Assembly: GCA_043228905.1 (NCBI GenBank)
Contig: JBHGNT010000792.1
Span: 1 to 15,585 of the forward strand
Reading direction: 5' to 3'
Length of the DNA: 15,585 nucleotides
Origin: Azolla caroliniana
Lineage: Eukaryota; Plantae; Polypodiophyta
Made by a program: the position numbers and the translations under genes. Positions 9,019 to 15,585 of the stretch are shown here, piece by piece (position 1 is the first letter of the stretch; every line of letters starts with the position of its first letter). The notes under the pieces are model-generated. The model ran no database searches. It saw nothing but the letters and a program-made list of their open reading frames with translations, and was not told where the DNA came from.

Positions 9019-9022
9019 ACGT

Positions 9023-11601
9023 GCTCTTCATCGACAACTTCTCTAGGCACACTTGGATCTATCCGATGCAGCAAAAGGGCGAAGTGTTCGGACACTTCCA
9101 AAAATTCAAGAATGAAGTCGAGAAAACCACGGGCCATCATGTACGATGCCTTCGATCGGATGGCGGCAAGGAGTACTTCTTGGAAGATTTCACTGCCTAT
9201 CTCCGAAAGGAAGGAATTCGGAGAGAATTCACTTGCCGACACACTCCACAACAAAATAGAGTAGCCGAGCGCAAAAATCGGCACATCCTCGAAGTAGCGC
9301 AATGAACGAGAAGGATATGCCCAAGTCATATTGGGCCAAAGCTGCAAATATGGCCGTCTACCTAATGAACCGGTGCACAACATCCGGAGTGCATGAGGTC
9401 ACTCCGCACGAAAAATACTTCGGAAAAGAAGCTGGACTTATCGCACACCCGGATATTCGGCGGGATAGCATACATGCACATCCCCGACGAGAAGCGTCAA
9501 AAGCTTGACCCGAAGTCGGAGAAATGTATCCTCGTAAGATACTCACTAGAGCAAAAGGGGTACAAGTGCTACAACCCCTCAACTCGAAAATCTCGAGTAA
9601 GTCGAGACGTCGTTTTTGACGAGTCCGCATCCTAGTACGCACCAGAGACAACTTTGAGTCCGACTCCGCTCGACCCAGAATCCGCCGAACAAGAGGATGA
9701 AACTCGCCTTACGTGCATGTTCGAAGAAAGTCCGATCACGACCCGACTGAGCGGACCACAAGAGCCTTTGAGCGATCAAAGCACATCACGGCCTAGTCCG
9801 AAGATGGACAAAGGCAAGGCGAAAATGGCGGAATACGAAGACGATCGCTTCGACGACGATGAGTCGACTCCCTCACTCGATAGTGAGTTCGGCGACTTCA
9901 ATGTACCAATCGGAGCTAAGAAAGCCCTCATCACTCCACCCGTGAAAGAAATCTGGTCAGCTGATTCGGCTACAACGGCTACATGGCATATCACTATGCC
10001 TTTATGATGAAGGTGGCAACAGTACGCGAGCCGGAAACATTTTCCAAAGCAGCCAAGGATCCGCGATGGATCGAAGCCATGAACGAGGAGATGCAAGCAC
10101 TACGCAAGAACGAGACATGGGATCTCATTCCCACCTCACCACACAAAAAGGCGATCGGATGCAGATGGATTTACAAAGTGAAGTACAACGCCGACGGTTT
10201 CGTCAACCACTAGAAAGTGCGACTCGTAGCGAAAGGCTACGCCCAAACGCACGAAGTTGACTACGAGAAGACCTTCGCCCCGGTGGCAAAGATGATGAGG
10301 GTACAAACCATAATTGCGCTTGCTACGGCGAAAGGGTGGCACCTCCATCAAATGGACGTCACAAACGCCTTTCTACAAGGTGAATTAGAAGAGGAGGTGT
10401 ACATGATACAACCACCCAGCTTCAACTCGAGCACCCATCCAAAAGTTGTATGCCGGCTCAAGAAGCCACTCTATGGCCTCAAGCAAGCACCGCGTGCTTG
10501 GCATTCAAAGATAACGCAATATCTTCATCAAATTGGCTTCCATATGTCAAAATCGGACAACTCCCTCTACATACAAAGCGATTCCGCAAGTCCGATCGTC
10601 ATCATCTTATATGTAGATGGCCTAGTCATTGGAGGTGAGCATCTCGTCGAAATCAATAAGGTCAAATCCCTCCTTTCCAACAAGTTCGAGATGACGGACA
10701 TGAAGGAGCTCCACTACTTCCTCAACATAGAGGTAATTCGGACTCCGATCGGAATCGTGATCTCTCAATGGCACTATATCCTCAACTTGTTATACAAGTT
10801 CGGGATGGCTGAGTGCAAATCCGCCGCAACCCCGCTCGATCGCAATCTCAAACTAGATGCGAACTCTGGCACCAAAGCGTGTGAGCCGACTCAGTATCGG
10901 CAACTCATCGGGAGTCTCATCTACCTCACGATTACTCGACCTGATCTCAGTTATCTAGTCGGTCTCCTTAGCCAATTCATGCAAACACCGCGTAATACTC
11001 ACTTGGATTGTGCTAAACGAGTTCTACGATACGTGAGCGGCACAATGGATTGCGATATCCTCTACAAGACCGCGATGCCAATACAACTCGAGGGGTACCA
11101 GACGCCGATTTGGCCAGCTACAAAGCCGATAGAAGATCAACCCCTGGATTTGTTTTTTCCCTCGGCAGCGGAGCAATATCCTGGAGCAATAAAAAGCAAC
11201 CATCCGTCGCTCTTTCGAGCACAGAGGTGGAATATAGGAGCGTAGTAGTGGCCACATGTGAAGCCGTATGGCTCAAAAGAATACTCAAGGATCTGGGCAT
11301 ACCCATCAAAGATCCGACTTCCCTTTACTGCGACAACATGAGCAATATCTATCTGGCTCGGAACCCGGTGTTCCACGCGCGGACAAAGCACATCAAAGTG
11401 CACTATCACTATCACTTCATCCGAGAGCACGTTCTAGCTGGCGATGTCGACCTACAACACATTAGCATCAATCTCCAAACGGCCGACATCTTCACTAAAG
11501 CCTTAGGAGCTGACAAGTTGTGGCAATTCCTGACCGATCTCGGATTGACGATCCCTGATCTGCCAAGCTTGAGGGGGAGTATTGAAGACACTACACAATA
11601 A
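9023..11601 (+). pseudogene. Element A gag-pol, 3' part: integrase core and C-terminus, RVT_2-type reverse transcriptase, RNase H
   Basis: Integrase RSDGGKEY (Asp 9159), QNRVAERKNR (Glu 9267) and QKGYKCY. RT motifs RLVAKGYAQ, QMDVTNAFLQG, LYGLKQAPRAW and YVDG at 10610-10621 (catalytic YVDD mutated). RNase H motifs DAD..RRST, YCDN, HARTKHI and ADIFTKAL, with the stop ending at 11601. Internal stops at 9633 and 10211, frameshifts (e.g. ~9300, ~9420, ~11097) and a 6-bp duplication (HYHYHF) near 11401. Confidence 0.96.
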
Positions 11602-11793
11602 CGCCTGGATTTCGCAACCGCGCAACGAAGCCACAAAGAAAGACACAAGCCAGAGCACAGACTTCGCAACTACACACAACGCAAGCTGGAGCATGGATTC
11701 CGCAACTCTGCATAAATGTGAGTCGACGCGGACTTCAGAACGTGAGTCGAAGCGGATTTCGGATACCGTCTGAAACCGACCCGACTTGGGCTT

Positions 11794-11802
11794 GAGGGGG
11801 CG
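11794..11802 (+). promoter_or_regulatory. Polypurine tract of element A
   Basis: GAGGGGGCG lies immediately upstream of the 3' LTR start TGTTGAG. Confidence 0.85.
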
Positions 11803-12142
11803 TGTTGAGAATCAAGCTCAACTTGGTCTAGTGTGTGAACTCACCTTGAGAGTGAATAGACACTCCAACGGTCCAGAGTCACCATTATGTCACCTCTTTG
11901 TATTCTAGCATTTAGTATATGTCATAGAATCATATTCTATGACACATTTCTTATGAGCTTTCACATTCCCCATGCTCCATGAGTCTTGTAGTTAATGAAG
12001 ACAGAGGGTGACTATATAAAGCACCCTCCTCCCACCTTGTATATGTTGAGTCTTTCTCCTTTGTTAATATACTTTACCTTGCGTATTCTCTGTGTTTTAC
12101 TGCTTGGTCTCTCTCACTCTCTCTCTCTCTCTCATACACACA
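11803..12142 (+). repeat. 3' LTR of element A, interrupted after 340 bp by element B
   Basis: Matches 6092-6433. Identity stops abruptly in the (AC)n tract where a new TGTTGAG begins. The last 50 bp (6434-6483 equivalent) are absent from the window. Confidence 0.95.
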
Positions 12143-12545
12143 TGTTGAGAGACAAGCTCAACATCGGCCGGATCAGCTGAAGAAGCCGAGGACCAGATCG
12201 GTTGGGACCGATCGGTTAGGCCGAGTGCGTAAACCGGGAGGCCGTTAGGAAAGATATTCCGTGAGGAATATATTTGGGAGTTAGTGTAGGAGCTCTTAAA
12301 GAGCATTGAAGTACGGTCAGTACTTCGGTCAGTCCTTCGAGGACTTGTATAAAAGTGTTCATGGAACACACATATGTATAGAGCAGTGAATCGAGATGTT
12401 TTGTTGAATATAGTTCTTGTGTTTTCTCTCTCTCACTCTCTTTGTCTCTCCCGCGTATACTACGTAAGCTCAAGCTCTCCATTAAACCTGAGTTTTCTTC
12501 CTTCTGTTCGGTCTTCATACTTGCTTCCGCACGTTACTTTTTACA
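12143..12545 (+). repeat. 5' LTR of element B (403 bp)
   Basis: TGTTGAGAGACAAGCTCAAC...CTTTTTACA followed directly by the PBS. The partner LTR is outside the window. Confidence 0.88.
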
Positions 12546-12557
12546 TGGTATCAGAGC
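12546..12557 (+). promoter_or_regulatory. Primer binding site of element B (tRNA-iMet)
   Basis: TGGTATCAGAGC abuts the LTR CA end. Confidence 0.95.
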
Positions 12558-12617
12558 GTGAGGGCTGAGAACCTCTCTGCAACCGACACAGCTTGACGAA
12601 GAAGAACAAGAAGAACG

Positions 12618-15585
12618 ATGGATAGAGGCATGGCGAGCTCGCTTCCAACAGAGAAGCTCGACTGAACCAACTACGCGTCTTCGTCCTACAAGATGCACCA
12701 GTACCTTCTCGGGCATGGCTACTGGAGTTACGTCGAAGGAGCTAATGACGCGGCACCCAAATCGACACACAGAGACTTCCCGTCGTGGGAGAAATCGGCG
12801 AGCAGGGTATTATACTGCTTCGCGTCGTGTGTGGGCGAACAGCTATTGAGCTATGTTCGGGATGCAAAGACGCCGAAGGGTGCGTGGGAAAATCTGAACA
12901 AGATTTTCGTCGCGAGCACCACTGCCAGGAAGCTTTAGCTCCGACAGGAGTTGAGCAACCTACGACAACGCGACTTGTCGGTGGCGGATTATACCTCGAA
13001 GATCAAGGATATCTGCGACTCCCTCGCCTCCATAGAGGTGAACATCGAGGAGAGCCAGATGGTCCAGATTTGTCTCGGAAGTTTGGTGTCGAAGTTCGGA
13101 GCGTTCCGAACGGCTGTGTGTACCCGGGAGAATACGCCGTCCTTTTTCGACTTACAGTCAATGCTCCTGGTAGAGGAGAACCACGCGGATGCGTTTACAA
13201 GCACGCACACCGACAACAGAATGCTGTATACGGAGGGAGATAGGCCCCGTGGACGTGGAGGACGAGACGAGTCGGCGCGCAATGGAGGCGGCCGACGAGA
13301 TCAAGGAAGAAGGCACCGAAGTGATGCCGACAGCAACTCCGGACCCTCCGGAAATAGGGGGAGTCGAAGCGATGAGAACCGGCAAGGGAAGGCCATCGCG
13401 TAGTGCTGGTACTGTGGCAAGAAAGGCCACTGGGAAAGTGAGTGCTAGAAGAAGCGCGCCAATTTGGAGAGAATCAGTTTCGGAAACGGCTCCGAACATA
13501 CCGACAAGCGAAATCGGCAGCGATCACACTACGCCGAAGACTCCGGGAGAGCCGGAGAAGTTTCTGCCTTCCTGACGAGACACGGTGCAAAGTCAATGAA
13601 ACGGACCACCGCGAGATCGGACGAGGTGTGGTACGTAGACTCCGGCGCGTCAAACCACATGACGAGCCATAAGGAGTGCTTCTCGTACCTTGAAAAACCG
13701 ATACAACCTGGAGTAGTCGCAACAGGAGACGACACTCCGCATCCGATCGCGAATGTCGGAGAAGTTCTCCTTAGCCATGTCGGGCAGAAAGGAAAACTCA
13801 TGAACGTGCTGCACGTTCCGATAATCACGAAGAACTTGGTCTCGGTCGGACAGATCGTCGACCAAGTGATGGAGGTTCGGTTTACACACCTCGTGTGATT
13901 CATTGAGGAAGAAGGCCGTGTGATTGCACAAGGGCGTAGAGACGGGAGGATGTTCATCCTCGACTCCACTAACGGCGGCACCGCAATGTTTGCGAAGGGA
14001 CAAAAATCCGAGTCGGACATCGACTTGTGGCACAAGTGGATAGGCCACGTCAACTACCAGCGGCTTCAAGATCTGCAATCGAAACAGGTAGTGTTCGGTT
14101 TGCCCAAATTTAGTGGCCGAAAGGCACAAATTTTTGAAGCCTGCCAGTTCGGGAAGCAACACCGACTTCCTTTCCCCAACGAGTGAAACCGGAGCCGGAA
14201 CAAGCTCGACCTTATACACTCTGATATATGGGGGCCGACACAAAACGTTAGTCTTGGCGGGAGCCGATATTTCGTCTCCTTCATCGATGACCACACGCGG
14301 CACATGTGGATCTACCTCATTGAGAGGAAGAGCGTAGTTTTCGACTGTTTCCGGGACCTCAAAGGGTTCGTGGAAACAGAAACGGGACGAAAGATCAAGT
14401 GCCTGCGGTCGGATGGCGGGAAGGAGTAGTTTTCTGGTCAATTCAACGGTTATCTACAACAAATGGGAATTCGGCGCGAATTCAGTTGTAGATACACGCC
14501 GGAGCAGAACGGCGTGGCCGAGAGGAAGAATCGGTCAGTTGTGGAAGCGGCACGGGCAATGTTGGACGAGAAGAGATTGCCCAAGTTCTACTGGGCCGAG
14601 GCGGTAAGGACCGCGGTATACATCTAGAACCGGATCGGAGACAAAGTGTCGGCGCACGAGCTATATTTCGAAACGAAGCCGAACTTGCGACACTTGAAGG
14701 TGTTCGGTAGCATTGCGTATGTGCATGTACCGAAGGAGAAAAGGAGGAAGATGGACGCAAAGGCCGAGAAATGCATCTTGGTCGGTTACTCGGACGAGCA
14801 AAAGGGTTATAAGTGCTATAACCCTCGCACCAAACAAGCGCGTGTTAGCCGCAACGTTGTGTTTGTCGAGTCCGCATCCTGGTACTAGCCCCCGACTCCG
14901 AACCCCGACTTCAATCCAAGCTCTTACAATGAAGTCAGCGAGGCCGAGATGCCTCCGGATGAGCTCGAAATCGAGACCCGCGAAGAGAGTCCGATTTCAC
15001 TCCGTTTAAGTGGACCGATTGGACGACTGAGTCGGTATGACCAGTTCGATGAAGAGCCGGTGAGTAGTGGAAACTCGGCCGTGCATTCCCAGTGTAGGAA
15101 GCCGAGGAGACGACTTACACGCAAAGAGAAAGGGAAGAAGAAGGTGTCGGCTTCTGGCACGGATAGGAACGAGTTAGACCGACGCGAGTCCGACTCCGAG
15201 GGAACCGGTGACGGGTCTTTAAAAGTGACGTCCGCGTCGATCGAGAAGGCCTCGACATCGGCTAATGTGAGATTACGCCGATCTACCCGCCAGAAGAATC
15301 CTGTTTTGCGGTTCGGATACAATGAGTACATGGCGCATCATTATGCGTACATGACCCTTGTAGCGGAAGTGCGTGACCCGGAGAGCTACGCAGAAGCGGC
15401 TAAAGACGTGACTTGGCGTGCCGCGATGGAGGAAGAGATGCACGCATTGGCGGAGAACGAGACCTGGGACCTAGTTGACGCACCGAAGGGTGTGAAGCCG
15501 ATCGGGTGTAGGTGGGTGTACAAGGTCAAGTACAACACCGATGGCTCGGTCATCCGATACAAGTCTCGGCTAGTGGCAAAGGGCT
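12618..15585 (+). pseudogene. Element B gag-pol (Gag, zinc knuckle, protease, integrase, start of RT), one frame with premature stops
   Basis: ATG at 12618. CWYCGKKGHWESEC at 13404-13445, WYVDSGASNHM from 13629, then LWHKWIGH, IHSDIWGP, RSDGGKE, QNGVAERKNR, QKGYKCY and RT N-terminus ENETWDLV..GCRWVYKVK..RLVAKG. In-frame stops at 12663, 12936, 13401, 13446, 13896, 14184, 14427, 14625 and 14886. No frameshift was seen. Confidence 0.96.

Larger units (their letters stand above)
6092..12142 (+). mobile_element. Ty1/copia LTR retrotransposon, element A (near full-length, defective, with two nested insertions)
   Basis: Paired LTRs (6092-6483 and 11803-12142), a tRNA-iMet PBS, a PPT, and domain order gag-PR-INT-RT-RNaseH, which is diagnostic of Ty1/copia. 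The putative left TSD is GATTC (6087-6091). Confidence 0.97.
12143..15585 (+). mobile_element. Ty1/copia LTR retrotransposon, element B (related but distinct family; truncated by window edge)
   Basis: Has its own LTR and PBS, then gag-PR-INT-RT start. The protein is clearly homologous to A but the LTR interior differs. The putative left TSD is ACACA (12138-12142). Confidence 0.96.

Noticed and set aside
8916-9305. Signal-peptide-like N-terminus fused to integrase as a new chimeric gene
   Set aside because: The hydrophobic start is chance translation of the T-rich end of the insertion. The product lacks the first catalytic Asp and ends at a frameshift.
6618-12620. The gag ATGs of A and B are exactly 6000 bp apart
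   Set aside because: Numerical coincidence produced by independent insertions.
13650-14441. 263-aa antisense ORF and other overlapping or antisense ORFs across elements A and B
   Set aside because: These are shadow ORFs of GC-rich gag-pol codon usage, with no recognisable motifs and no equivalent intact ORF in the sister element.

Overview
This is eukaryotic, plant-type, transposon-dense DNA with no recognisable host gene. A moss-like origin is my impression only and is unverified. The AT-rich left third (1-~5390) holds a decayed Ty1/copia RT scrap, two tandem arrays (~250-bp and 166-bp units) and a non-autonomous TIR element carrying a copia solo LTR. From ~5390 the window is a nested LTR-retrotransposon stack. 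The 3' end of a minus-strand element (LTR+PPT) is interrupted at 6092 by a near full-length, defective Ty1/copia element A (LTR-PBS-gag/PR/INT/RT/RH-PPT-LTR). A's integrase is split by a 729-bp TG..CA insertion with a 4-bp TSD, and its 3' LTR is split by a related copia element B that runs off the right edge. The most unusual signals are a tRNA-like A-box/B-box cassette in the 729-bp insertion, a duplicated PPT/LTR-start junction in A, conserved motifs in the integrase C-terminal linker of A and B, and shared LTR hairpins. All coordinates and counts were read by eye.
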